NCBI GenBank assembly: GCA_016748015.1
Contig: JAAOMT010000595.1
Location: 128,282 to 192,281, forward strand
DNA: 64,000 nt
Direction of reading: 5' to 3'
Origin: Geosiphon pyriformis uo1
Taxonomy: Eukaryota; Fungi; Glomeromycota
Under the pieces are notes generated by a model, which worked only from the letters and a program-made list of their open reading frames with translations, had not been told where the DNA came from and made no database searches. A program made the translations under genes and the position numbers. The stretch's first letter is position 1, and each line of letters opens with the position of its first letter. Shown here one piece after another: positions 12,901 to 26,390 of the stretch.

Positions 12901-14625
12901 CCACTTATATGATTTGGGAATCATCGAGACCCAAGTCTTTTTCCAAGAGCTGGGCATTAATTTACTAGACAAACAGGAATTCAACAGCACCAAAAGCATA
13001 TCCAAGACCAACTTATCACAATGCTTCTAAAGTTCATTCAACATACCTAAGAGACCAGCAGCTTTGCCATTAAGCAGATTAGAAACCACATCAATCAACT
13101 TATTAAATTCAATTAAACACATGACACCAGAAAAAGCCTCATTGAAAACATACTCCAATAGTTAATATTGGTGGTACCAGTCACCAGAGATGTCATCTAC
13201 CACTTCGCGCTTCCTAGTCTATCTTTCTATAATTACATTTACCTTAGACTTAACTAAATCAGATTTCAGAATCAGTTTGTTATCGACTATCAGATGATCA
13301 AGTGCTACTTTGCGAAAGAAACATTCTAGCACACTTCTAATTATATAACCCTTATTAATCTCGAAACTCTCTATCCTTCTATCAATAGCTGATCTGATGT
13401 TTGCCTTCTTAGCCTTCAGGGATTCAGTAAGCTTGGCAGTGCAATAAGACTTTTTAGCACCAAAGAGAGCAGAACAGATGTGATTAGAGCTAGCACCAGA
13501 GTTTACAACATCCTGAATGATTGAAGTCTTAACATTGTTCAAAAAAATACAGTATTTCATAAAAAAATCAAAATTCACAATATTCTTTTTATGTAAAGCC
13601 CTGACAATTTTAGAAACCAATAGCTCCAATTTGTAAAACCTCGAAGATTTTTTGGTAAAGACATCATTAAAGTCTTTGAACCACTTTTTCTTAAATACTT
13701 CATTAGCCAAGAAAACCATTATTTTGCAAATAGTACCCCACATTGCATCCAAATTTGAGAACCTCACAGAGGTGGCAAACTTATTTGAGAACATTGCAGC
13801 ATTGGCTGATGTGGCACCCTTAAAATTGTTTCATTTAATCTCATCAGCACTTTTAAACTTGAACTTCTATCTATTCTTGTTTGCCTGCTTGCAAAGAAAA
13901 TTTAACCATGCATCTAAAAGTTCACCCAAACCCACAGACACAAAAACAGCCTGATGATCAGTATTAAAAAATTCTCCAACATTAGACACCTTTTGATCCA
14001 CTACAGCATTGACCAAGTTTGAAAAAACAAACAAAAAATTGATGGTCTTAGCCACACCCTGAGAGTTAGCCCATGTGGATGTTTTGACATAAAAACTTCC
14101 ACCCAAGGAATTGACCAAACCAAAATCTAGACATTTTTTGAAACTGGCACACTTTCAGGAACCATTTTCATTGAAGTTGCTATCCAAAACCACAAATAAG
14201 AATTCATTGACTGTCTTTGCGATCATAGAATTGATATCATTAGCTTAAAAGAAATGAACAGCCAGAAATGCCCCAGCATAAAGCCCCAAAATTAACATGA
14301 AAAGTTTATTCTTGAATAGCAGCTTGATTAAAAGAAACCAATCAGACACCTCAGAAATCTTATAAACATGACAAGCTAGAGAAGTTTTTATGATGATTGT
14401 AACTTCAGTACCAAGAAACCTCTTGTCCAACCCAGATGAAAAAACCCTAACACTACCAAACTTATCCCTAATCCAAGGCCTATTGCTAGATCTCAGCTTT
14501 GTCTTTGTAATTATTGAAACCAAATTTCCAGAATTTTTATGTCAACAGACAATGTTTTTCTGTTTGGCAAAGACGTTGATACTGCAAACATTACATGTTG
14601 CAAATTTTCATACAAAGTCACTCAT
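9938..14625 (-). pseudogene. LINE ORF2 (AP endonuclease, reverse transcriptase, RNase H, C-terminal Zn motif), disrupted
   Basis: FATCNV..SIITKTKL (APE). NICPIALIKTAHKILSKILSDRI and AGTFINNTIW (decayed AFVDD; RT). LFSDSQST..WHKIKSHSGISGNEHAD (RNase H). The ATG overlaps the ORF1 stop (ATGA at 14622-14625). Many stops and frameshifts. Confidence 0.9.
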
Positions 14626-16308
14626 TGAGGAATGAGAGAAGTTGACAAACTGAAACCAGAGCACAAATGATTCAATCTTTTCAAAACAGATCCAACTGAC
14701 ACCTTTAAAGCCACCATCTTGAATTCCAATTCACTCACTTTGTTTGTCAAAACCTTAGAACTACTTAAACTAAGATCAACAACTGGGTCTGCAACAACTG
14801 AAAAAAAGGAATGAGGAAACACTATTGTAACATCCAGAGCCATATTTGAGTCTAAATCAGATGTAACAGATGCAAGAACAACCAGAGAAAAAACATGAGG
14901 TTTAGATACCAGAAGCACCAAATCTACAAAGCTCAATTTTTTCATAATAATTGAAATCTGATTCATTAAGAGCTCCAAAGAGTGTTCCAGAGAGGCCAAT
15001 TAATTAACCAAACAGGAATCACCAAGAGAATTAGAAACCAATGAGACAGGTTTTGCACCTGAAGATGAGCCAAAACCAAAAAAATCTGATGAAACTACAC
15101 AAGAGAAAAAACCACCAGCAACCTGGGCCCAAGTTTTCCCACCAAAGAAACTGGGTGAACAATTGGCACCTGCTTCTTTTTATATATGTTGGCCAAATGG
15201 ATCTGATCCTGAGAAGTTACCACCTGCTTACCATGAGCACCAGAATTCCTACTCAATAAACACACTGTAGAGATATGACCAAACTGTTTGCAATGAGCAC
15301 AATGAGCCAAAGAAAAACCAGCCCAGCACAAATTCACACTCTTAAACACTGGAGTAGAACCAATAGCAGCCAATTTGGACACCTTATCAACAAAACACAC
15401 AATCACACATCTATCATGCATATATAAACTGAGATTACGGCCAATGAAACAAGTTTTTCCATCATATAATTCCAACAAATCAGAAAAATCATAAGCTGTA
15501 GTACTAACTGAAAGAGTATAAAGCAGTGCCTGATGTAGATCTCTGAAAATCCACAATTGTTTGTCATCAACAGTTTTTGTTATATGAACAGAATTTTTTT
15601 CTATAAGGACAGACCATCTAACTGTGACCAAATCAGCTATCTCAGATAATTTATATTTAACCAATGCTTTTTGCCACAGACCAATTAATTGCATCTTAAT
15701 TGATACTACCTTGCCAAATTTGGAAAAAACAGATTCCACAGCCAATTTAAGAAAATCAACTAGAATCTTTTTAACAACAATTTCCTGATCTGAATGACTG
15801 CTTGGCTTCCTAACATCATTGTTTATCAAAATTTTTTCACAGATTGCCATTTTCTTAGTCTTATTTAAGCTTAGTTCCAAAGTAAATGATGATCTGATAA
15901 TTCCAGGCAATTTTAAAGGAGCAGAAGCTCCTCCAAAACCATCAACTCAATAAAAAATTTTTTTAATTGAAATTAATTTGTCATTAACAGTTTTTTCAGG
16001 AATAACTGAAAGTTCAATATCTAATGTGAATGATTTCACTGGCCTGAAGCATTTTTTTTCCAGAACATGTGAATTGCCACTCAACAGCTGATTAGAACCT
16101 TTGAATTTGAGAGAAAAAAGCTCTAAAACATCATTGATGTCACTCGTATTATTGAAGGAAGGTTTTTTCAGCAGATGTCCTAACACATACATTCTTATTC
16201 ATGTCTTTTTTGGAGTCATGTTATCTACCATATTATCAGTCTCGGAGTTGTTAAAATCCATGTAACTTGTTTTTTCTGCCACCATGTTGCTTATGTTTTT
16301 CATGTTAG
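14622..16308 (-). pseudogene. LINE ORF1, 3' part (RRM-like region and CCHC knuckle); 5' part lies at ~47215-47500
   Basis: VFSKFGKVVSIKMQL (RRM-like) and CAHCKQFGHISTVC (CX2CX4HX4C). Homologous to the ORF1 relics at 49620-50809 and 62890-64000. Confidence 0.85.
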
Positions 16309-17122
16309 TATTACAAATGATTATTTGGGGTCTCAAGTCAAATAACAAATCCGTAACTTGGTGCTTGGTTGGTATTCTGGTATTGATATCTGAAGGTTTT
16401 GTTATGGAGTTTTTTGTATAATAGACAAAAATTTAATAGTTGTTTTCAGTAGCCTTCCAGAATTACAATTCTGTCAAATTTCTTTCTCAGTGTAGTGACC
16501 AGTAATCCTCTTAGTAAGCTATCCTTAAATCTATGAGTGTTCTATCCTTGTTTTATGGTCTTTTACCAGTCCCTATGACATCTGTATCTCAGCACTTAAT
16601 CCTTAATTAATTTAGTAAAACCAAAGAAATAACAAAAGAAATAAAAGAAAATAAAAGAAAATAAAAAAATAAACAAAAGCAATTACAAGTTAGTATCCCA
16701 TCAATAGCCATGATCAAGAGTTATTGTTCCAGTGTGGTTAAGTATTAATTACTATTAACATAAAGTGTTGATAGTGGAAAGTGGATTTAAATGGTGAATA
16801 ATTTATTTATTTAATATTTGTGGATAGAAGATTTTTAACTCTCGAATTCTGCCCTTTCTACTTCTAATGCTATTGTTATATATACATAATTGATGTTCTA
16901 CGAGATTGCTCACATTCCCAAGTGATGTGCTATGATTTCTTAAGCAATGCTCACATTCCTGAGCAATATGCTATGATTTCTTAAGCAATGCTTACATTGT
17001 TGAGCAATGTGTTATGTTTTCTGACATTGCTCCATATTGCTGAGCAATGTGTTCACATGCTACATACTATTTGCTTATTGGTCTACTATTTCTCTATATT
17101 TGTTTTCTTTCTATGAGTAACA
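16309..17122 (-). repeat. 3' LTR, family A
   Basis: TATTAC...GTAACA ends, followed by a PPT. 16629-17122 matches 46676-47210. Confidence 0.9.
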
Positions 17123-17136
17123 TTATTTTCTTCTTT

Positions 17137-17772
17137 TTAATATTGAGCTCCATCAAAATCTTCATTTTAAATTAGCTCCAATACTTCTTTTTCTAATATT
17201 GTTTGTTCGACTTTATTTTACATATCTTTTACTTGTATATTGTTCATTCTTCCCCATTAATTAATGGTTATGGTTTCTATGTCAAAGTGTAACAGTATTT
17301 CTGAGTAGTTCTGAAATATGTTGTGCAGTTGATAAATTGTTCTTACATGTAGTGTCGAGTTCATCTTTTTTCCAATAAATTCTTCAATTTACTGTATTAT
17401 GTTTTGGTTAAATATTCTCTTGGATTTGTTAATATACAACTCTTGAATATTCAACTTTTAATCTAACTGATAGTAACAGTATAATATTGGAAGTTGTTCT
17501 GTCCATTGCTTCTAATTCTCTTTTGTAAGTTCTTCTGTTAGTGCCATAATAGGTATTTTCCCAAAAGTGTTCTTTACTTTTTCTATTATATTATCTGACC
17601 AGTTTTTATCATTCTTTGGTGTTCACTGATATGGTGTTTTCTTTGTCTTTCTTTGGGTGTTTCAATAGCAAATTATTTATTTGTTAATAACAATTTTTAT
17701 GTCTAACTGTTGTTCACTTAAAGCCTAGAACAATTGTTGAGCTATAGTGTGGATATGATCTGGTATTTTCAT
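17137..17772 (-). pseudogene. Gypsy A ORF3 (unknown ~211 aa protein, ends DFDGAQY*)
   Basis: MKIPDHIHTIAQQLF..DIKIVIN start; homologous to ORF3 of B, C and E; span divisible by 3; internal stops are explicable by transitions. Confidence 0.7.
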
Positions 17773-17827
17773 TTTTCTTGGTTGCTTTTGTCACATGTAC
17801 TGTGTCTTTATATATTCTTTTGGTTAT

Positions 17828-19210
17828 TCAATTTAATGTGTTTGGTTCAATAACTATGATTGGTTCCAGATCTCATGTAATCTTATTTGGTTAAACTAGT
17901 ATTCTTTGTACTCCCAGTTGTAGAATATTATTGGTGGATAATGATGCTATTTGATGATATGGTTTCAGTCGATCCCTATGTGCTGCTTTGGCTAAGATTT
18001 TGTTGTTTTATCTTAGTTTATAAGCTCCATTTCCAAGAATTTTTTTTATGTGAAATGGTCTGTCCCATTTGGAGTCAAATTTTCTACTCCATTGTTTTTC
18101 CACTTTGGTATGATGTAAAAGTACTTTGTTTTCAATCTTAAATTCAACTGGTTTGTCTGATAGTTAATTATTATGTCTTTTTTTTTGTTTTTCTTGTGAC
18201 TTCTGGATGTTATCAGCTGCTCTTTACTGTTTATTTTCTAATGTTTCCATTAAGTCATATGTTTTTTTTAGCAATATTTCCTGAAAATTGTCTTTAATTA
18301 TTGGTTTTGTTGAATAAGTGGTGACTTTTATCTCAACTGGTAATGTTGCTGTTCTATCATATACTAATTCAAATAGTGTTGCTTGTGTAGTGTCTTGTTT
18401 CATTGTTCGATAAGCAAATAATACTAATGGTATGAACAAATTCTATTTGTCCTGATTTTTTTGACTGATCTTGGCGATTGCTTCACACAATGTTTGGTTA
18501 AACCTCTCAATTAACCCATTTGTTTGTGGATGGTATGGTAATGATAATGGTCTTTTGATTCCAAATCTCTAACTTAATTCTGCTAATGTTCTGTTCACAA
18601 AGTGAGTTCTTTGATTTGATAATAGTTTTTTTGGATATCTATGTCAACAAATCAAATCTTGATAAACAAATTCGGCAACAGATTTTGCATCTGCTCTTTG
18701 AATGGCTTTTGCTTCTGACCATTTAGTGAGATAGTCCATGGCTACTGTAATATATCTGTTATTTCTGCTGGTGATTGTTAATGGTCTGACTAAGTCAATT
18801 CCAATGCGATCAAATAGTTGTCCCACTTTAATTGGTCTTAATGGTTCACTTGGTCTTGTTCTATCTCTTTTTTGACAAGCATCACAACTTTAAACATATT
18901 GAATAATGTCTGAATACATTGATGGCCAATAATATCTTTTTCTGGCTCTTTCTATGGTTGCTTCTTTATGAAAATGTTTTGCTGTTGGATCTGAGTGCAT
19001 GTTAAACAATATTGTTTCTTTTTCTGATTCTGTAATTACTCTGGTTGATTGGTTTGGATTTTTTCTGTTTTTCTGGTAAAGTATATTTTGATGATTGATG
19101 AAATATTTTGATTGCTGTTTTATGTTGTTTTGTTCTTTTTGAGATAATTTCTCTTTGAATAATTGAGTATTTATATAATGCTGGAGTTGTTGGTATTTTT
19201 GTGTATTTAT
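17828..19210 (-). pseudogene. Gypsy A integrase (stand-alone ORF2)
   Basis: H..H / C..C Zn domain, FDRIGIDLV..MDYLTKW, SNQRTHF, YHPQTNGLIE, and a GPY/F-type C-terminus. Confidence 0.9.
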
Positions 19211-19242
19211 CTTTTGTTATATATTTTTGAATTGAAATGTTT

Positions 19243-22200
19243 TTAGATTTGTCTCATTCATGACAATCTGTCAGCATTTCCATTGTCTTTTCCCTTTTTA
19301 TAATGTACTGTATAATTGAATGGTAAAAGTTTTATTTTCCATCTGGCATGGCGATTGTCTACAAATTTTTGTTTCTGGATTGAAGTCAATCTCTTGTGAT
19401 CCATATATATTTCAAACTTTTGGCTCAAGTATTCTCTCCATTTCATGACTGCCCAATAGATTGCTAAATGTTCCAGTGCTGGTGTTCTATAGTTCTTTTT
19501 GGCTGGACTTAAGCTTCTACTGGTGTAAGCTACTGGATGTTCTCTTCCATCTGGTTCTTTCTGTAAAAGTACTGCTTCCAATGCTTGACCTGATGTATCT
19601 GTAGTAATGATGAATGGTTTGCTATGATCTGGATACATCAATACTGGAGCTTGAATAAGCTTTCTTCTCAGTGTGTTGAATGTTTTTTGTTGAGCTTCAG
19701 TCCATTCATACTTTACATTCTTGGTTTGTAGATAGTGAAGTGGCTGGGCTAGTTTAGAAAAGTCCTTGATAAAACATCAATAATAGTCTGTAAATCCCAA
19801 AAATGCTCTTAGTTCTGACAAGTTTGCTAGTACTGGAAAGTTCTTTACTATTGTAATCTTATCTGAATCTGTTTTGATTCCATTTTTGCTCACTACATGT
19901 TCCAAAAACTTGAGTTCAGTTTTTTCAAAGAAACATTTGGTCTTATTTAAATTCAGCTTTTTTTAATCTTTTGAATACTTGTTGGAGATGATGCAGATGA
20001 TCATCAAATGTTTTTGAGAACACATTGGTGTCATCCAAGTATATGACTACTGATTTCCACAATAAGCCAGTATAAACGATTTCCATTAGCCATTGGAAAG
20101 TGGCTGGGGTATTGGTTAAGCCAAATGACATCATTTTAAATTTGAAATTCCCTTCTTTAGTGGTGAATGCTGTTTTTTCTTTGTCAGCTGGATTCATGGC
20201 TACTTGCCAATAATCTCTGTTTAAGTCTAATGTTGAGAACCATTTGTTTTCACCAAAAGCGTCAAATAATTCCTGTATTCATGGAGTTAGATAGCTGTCT
20301 TCACGAGTTACACTGTTGAGTTTCTTGTAGTCCACACAAAATTGGATTTTCCCATTCTTTTTATGAACAAGTACTACTGGTAACGACCATGGGCTCATTG
20401 ATGATTGAATTAGCCCATTGTCAAGCATTCAGTTTATCTCTTGATGAATAATCTCGTGGCTGGCTGGTGGCACTCTGTATGCTCTTTGTTTGATTGGCAT
20501 TACATCTCCAGTCTTGATCTGATGCTGGATGATATCAGTTTAGCCAAACTTGTTTTCACTGGCAAAGATGTTTTTGAAATTGTTGAGCAACATCTTGAGC
20601 TGCATACGTTGGAGTGGATCTAAGTTTCTTATGTTCATTTGTTCCAATTGTTCTGGTTGGAGTAAATAACATTCGTCTTGTCTATAGATTGTTTGTGATG
20701 TAATGTTGACATATCCACAAAGTTGTGGAAAGTCTGGAATGGGGTTTGGTGGTTGGTCTTCTATTTCTGTGGTTAAATATCCAATGGTGGTTTTTTCTGG
20801 TATGTTGATGATATTGTCAGTATTGTTGTAGATGGAAATTTTTATGTGACTATAGCTTTTGGCTGGTATGTGGAGATTGATCAGTCCAATTTTTTCTGAT
20901 TCACAAAGGCTTGCTTCAGCTTCAAAAATCTGTTTTTGCTCCTTTTCTTTCCTTTCTATTGCTAACATGTACTGGCTATATGGTGGAATGGAAATAGCTT
21001 GGCCGGTTAAGATAATTTCTTCTTGGCCAATAATTTTTTCCTCTGCCATATTAACTGGTACATCTATTCTACTCGTTGACCCAAATCCCTGTATCCTTCT
21101 TGCTGTTATTCCTAACTCTTCTCTGTTTCTTACTGATACTAACTGAGCTATCTTAACCAAAGGTAAGAATATTGCCTGTGCTATTTTTTCATTCAGCTCT
21201 ATTATATAGGCCTTGTTTGAATTATTTTGTAGCATAGTAATGATATTTCCCACATATCCCACATCAATTATTCCTCCTCTTATATTGATCCCTCTTTTTG
21301 CTAAACTACTCCTAGATGCTAATTGAATCATTGTTGTTGCTGGAATTTCTAGTGCTATTTTCAAATCAATGCAGGTGCACTTATGTGGTTCCAATTTGAT
21401 GGTTTCTGTTCCTGGATATCTCAGATCAAATCCTGCATCAGTATTATGCATGCATTTTGGCATAATACTTTCATTATTATTGCTAAACCATTTCAGTTCT
21501 TGTTCCTTGGCGAGGTCAGGAAGCATGATATATTGTTCATAGTTTGAGTCAAAGTTTGAATCTGAGTTGATATCGTTGTTCTTGTCATTGCCATTTTGAA
21601 TGGAGCTGGAACCATTATTTTTGTCGTCATTGTTGTTGGGGTTTGAATCAGGATCGAGTGGTGATTCTGACTCTGATGCACAGCTGCTGATTGGTTTTTT
21701 TCTTCGGGGATCATGTAGATCATGCATGGTAGTGTATTGTAAATGAGGTCACAATCGTCATAATATTTAAAGTTACTGGGAATTAAACAATGACAACACA
21801 GTCTTGTATTCAACTATACTAGCCATTGTTCTTGCTTTTCTCTAGTGGGTGCCAAGTTCTGGTAGTGTTCATGGAACTCTTCTGGTTCCAGAAAATTTAT
21901 GACTAGCTCTGCATCCCAGTCAAGCTTGATGGGTTCTGGTAAGTTGTTTTTAATTTCTCTGATCTTTTCGGGTGTTGCTCTTTCTATTTTGCCGATTGCC
22001 ATTCTCCAAATTTTGTCATCATCATGTGGACAACTGTTCAGTTGCTGCATGGCTCTTCTCCAGACTGCTTCTATTGGTGTTCCTTTCTTTACCTAGTTGC
22101 TTATTAGAATCGTGTATTGACATGACATGTCACATGTTCCTCCACGTCTTGGGATGTTGTTCCACATCCCTTCATCTAGCAGGATCTCCCCACAAGCGAG

Positions 22201-24821
22201 ACAAGGTTGGTTATTCCATTTTTCTTGCCTCTTTGGTCATCCAAAGCATTCGAGTAAGCATAGACGACAGTAGAACTTTGTTGCAGTGTGGTATTTCTCA
22301 TCGTCACCACAGCATGCACTCATTGACGACAGTTTCTTGCCGCAATTGATGCATACAAGCCTTGGCCATCAATAATTGGATTGTTGTGGAGTGTGGTGGG
22401 TATAGGAATTATAAATGGTGGTGGTTGGTGGCATTCCTTCTTCCTTTTCTTTTCTTTTTCCCTTATCTTCATTCCATTTCCAACTGGAGGCTTCTTTTTG
22501 TTCATTGTCAGTCCAAGTCAGATTGTCGGTTTCCCAGATAAGTTCATTTGTTTGCTTTCCTTTCCCATTGTCGTTCCAAGAGAGTATTGGTGGCAGCTCA
22601 TTGTGCTCTTCATCAGCTCACGACATTTGGTAGGCTTCCCAGGTAGGTTTTGGTTTTTCTTCTTCAAAGTCGATTAGTGGTGCCATAGTGTTGGTAGCCT
22701 TAAAGTGGCCACATGTTGTTGGTACTCATGTGTGTTGCCCATTCTGGCTGAGTTGAAGCTCTTGTGTATTTCAGTCCAGAGTGGTGTTCATCTTGGACAG
22801 CCAGTCATTACCAACTAGAGCTTAGTATTAGGTGGCTTCCATAATGAGTACTTTGATTGGTACTATGATGCTGTTAATTTCGATTGGTAAGTCATCGATT
22901 TCGCTGATTGGAGTCTTGGTCACTCCATTAGCTGTGATGATTCTGGCACTAGCAGCTCGATCAACTCAGCAACCTAATTGATCCATAAGTTGTCATGTGA
23001 TAATGCTGCCTGCTGAACCACTGTTAAGAATTAGTTTGATGGGATGGCCATCAATTTTTACATCAGTGTACATGACAGTAATTGGCTTTTTTTCCAGTGT
23101 GATTTCACTAAATAATGATGTGCTTGACAGTTCCTCGAGTTCAAATGGAAAAATGGCATCTAGTAATTCATCATTGGTGACTGTTGCTGGCAAAATATTG
23201 CTGGTATGTGTTTGTTGTTTTTGGGTGGGTTCCTGGTTGCTGGATAAGGCATCTTCTGGGGTAACCAAGAGACTTAAATAGTTCTGGGAATTCGGGTTTT
23301 GGGGATTTCTGGTGCCCGAATTCCATTGACAAGATCCTGTTTGACTGAAGGAGCTGGAGATTGGCTGATGAACTACCATTGACAATCTCCAGTTTTGCTG
23401 CATGATTCTCGGTCTTTGGACTCCGCTGGCTGGTAAGTTTTGTGACGAGGTCTGAATTGTTTGGGATTGATAGATTGTTGGTGGTTGTGGTTGATATATT
23501 ACCTGTGGCTGTGGCTGATAAATTGGGGCTGTTGGTTGATAAATTGGAGCTTGATATACTGGTGGTTGATAAATTGATTGCTACGTTATTGGCAGATAAG
23601 TAGTTTGATATTGTGTTGAGTTTGATTGATGATTCGAAGTTGAGAACCAGTGATCAGGGTTTTGATATTGATTTCCCAATCATTGGTTATTTAAACGCTG
23701 GCGGCAGTTGATTTGAATATGTTCTTGTTTACCACAATAGTAGCAGATATGCATTTCCTGTTGCCATTGTTAATTGGTTGATGAAGATGGACATGGTTGA
23801 TATTGGCCATGAGTAGAGTTTCCTTGATTATTGCATTATTGTGGAGGCTAATAAATAGCATAATTGTCAACTAAGTATCCTTCTAATTTCTTATTAATTG
23901 ATTCACTGAACTTCTCCAATTTGGAATCCAATTCAGATGATCTGTTCATTACTAAATTAACAGCTTGGGCGTGGTTGGCCTCTAACTCAGCAGATTCAAA
24001 ATTTCTGGTGCATGTGACTGCATCTTGAAGTGTGCCTGGATGCAACGGACATACATGTTGCAGAATGCTGCTGCACAGGCCACAGATAAACTGGTTGAGG
24101 ATCTGTGGTGCTGTGAAGTAGTTGGCATCAATTGCTTGAATTTGGTGCAGATTTTGATGGAAGCATCCCAGGTAAGTGGTGACTGCTTCAGTTTCTCCTT
24201 GTTTCATGGTGGTAAACATGTTGACTAAGCAATTAATGCTGTTATTATTGCTGAAGTATCTTAGAAATTCCATTTTGAAGGCATCAAAATCTTGTGGTTT
24301 ATTAATTAAGCTCTGATATCATGAATTGGCAGTATCCTTGAGAAAGTAGGGAATAGCTTGCATTGCCCAAGCATCATTCTATTTGTTGGCTGTGATGGTC
24401 TTTTCTACATCATTCAGTCATACTTGAGTGTCATCCTCTTCACTAGTAAAGTTGTCAAGTTTTGCAATTGGTGCGTAGGCCATTGGATCTAAGTTGGGTG
24501 GTTGTGATGACTGTTGAAGTGGTTGTTGAAGAGGTAATGGTTGTTGGGGTGGTACTTGAGGTGGTTGAATTGGCTCACTAATCGGCTCAATTGGTGGTTG
24601 ATTGATAATAATAACTGAAGGTAGATTTTGTTAATGAATTAACTCAGGGTTTTGATTTTTTTGATTTGACAGGGTTCGAATATTCGGAGTTTCAATTTCC
24701 GAATTTTCTAAATGTTGCTGAGTTTGAATGTTCAGGTCTTTTAGGATTGGGTTTTGGTAATTAAATTCCTGATCCTTGCCTTTTTTTTCTTCTGATTCAG
24801 TAATTTCCCAGAGACTGATGA
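19243..24821 (-). pseudogene. Gypsy A/D gag-pro-Cys-rich-dUTPase-RT-RNaseH (continues at 45118-45743)
   Basis: MAYAPIAK capsid start (24483), CCHC knuckle, LILNSGS protease, dUTPase motifs AGFDL/RSSLA/GGIIDVGY/IAQ/GFGST (~21070-21495), YLDD, and TDTS..AYTSR RNase H. Confidence 0.92.
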
Positions 24822-25694
24822 TGTTACAGATGATTATTTCTGCTGTTGAATTAAATAACAAACCCATAACTTGGTGCTCCAAAGTTACTTCCGTGGATGA
24901 AGTTCTGCAAGTGTTGTATCTGAAGGTTTGATGGAGTCCTTTGTATAATGGACAGAAATTCAATAGTGTTGATAGTAGATGTATCTTTCCAAGAGTTTTC
25001 CCAATTTCTTTCTCAGCATGGTGGCCAGATTTAGTCTGGCAGTCGTGCCCTTCTGATAAGCTATCCGATAATATATAAAATCCTATCCTTATTTCTGGGT
25101 CTTTTACCAGGCTATCCTTGACGTCAATAACTCAGTGCTTAATCTTTTAATCAATTAGTATACAACAACAAAATAAAAAAGAAAGAAAATAAAATAAAGA
25201 AAATAAAGAAAATAAGCCAAAGCAATTTGGTACATTAGTATCTCATCAATAGCCATGATCAAAAGCTATTGTTCCAGTATGGTTAAGTATCAATTACTAT
25301 CAACATGAAGTGTTGATAGTAGAGAATGGGTTGAGATATGAAATAATTATTTATTTAATGATTGGAAACTGGAATGTTGCTTAGATTAAATTTAAACGAA
25401 GAGGTCTGTCTTTTCAGCTTCTAATCTTATTGCTATATATACATAATTGAGATTCCTCAATTCCTTAATTCTTTGCGACAAAAATTCTGGGATTTCTGGA
25501 ATTCTGCGATTCCTGATGAAAGGAATCCTGGAATTCTGGAATTCTGCAATTCCTCATTGGGGAATCCTGAAATTCCTGGAATCTTGCAATTCCTCTGAGA
25601 GGAATTCTGGAATTCCACATTTACTACGTCTACCTCTGATTGGCTAATATCTACTGACTAATAATACTATATTTTTTATATTCTATGAGTAACA
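24822..25694 (-). repeat. 3' LTR of element B
   Basis: TGTTAC...GTAACA; matches 34105-34311 plus 44483-45117. Confidence 0.93.
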
Positions 25695-25707
25695 TTATTC
25701 CCTCCTT

Positions 25708-26337
25708 TTAATATTGAGCTCCATTGAAATCTAATTCATTTACTTCTCTCTCTTGAAGTATTTTTTGAATTTCATTTTTGAGAATTACTTGTGTCATTTG
25801 AGTCCGTAATTCTTTAAATTGAGCATTGGTGATTTTTCCCAATTAATTACTGGTAACCGTATTTATTGCTTTGTTGAATAGAATTTCTGGTTGATCCTGA
25901 AATGCTGTGTGTATTTGGTATATAGCTCGAGCTTGTGTGGATAAGTTGTTTTTTCCCACAAAATGTTTTAATTGTTGTAATATTGTTGTGTTGAATAACT
26001 GCTTTGTTTTATCTGTATATAAGTTCTAGATATTTATGTATTGTCCCAAGTAAAAATAACAATAGTTTTTTGGAAATTGTTGTATCCACCAAGTCCAAGT
26101 TTCTCTGGTAAGTTTTTGGTGTAATCCGACTATTTGTTGTTCTTTCATGGCCAATTTTATCTTAGTTATGATTTTGTTGACTACATTTTCAAGTCTTTTC
26201 TGTGCTTTGTTTTGTGGTATCCTTGCCATATTTTTGTAACAAATGGTTTGTTGATTGATGGTAATTTTTATCTCTTGGTGTTGGATTAATTGAAAAATTT
26301 GTTAAACTAGTGAATGGATATTGTCCATAATCTCCAT
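25708..26337 (-). pseudogene. Gypsy B ORF3 (~209 aa, ends DFNGAQY*)
   Basis: MEIMDNIHSLV..EIKITINQQTICYKNMARIPQ..GKNNLSTQARAIYQIHTAF. 630 nt in one frame. Confidence 0.75.
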
Positions 26338-26390
26338 TTTTCTGTTCTCTTTTGTCACATCAACTATGTTCTTATATATTCTTTTATCAA

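Noticed and set aside
24866-24960. Element-encoded tRNA gene ending in GGAGCACCA
   Set aside because: No cloverleaf, T-loop (GTTCRA) or A/B boxes upstream; only the 3' 9-10 nt resemble a tRNA end.
25040-25260. Hammerhead (TTGATGAG) or hairpin ribozyme (CCTGGTA/ACCAG) in the LTR
   Set aside because: The core lacks the C of CUGANGA and a placed GAAA, and is not conserved in family C. The hairpin loop B sequences (AGAAACA/GUAUAUUAC) are absent.
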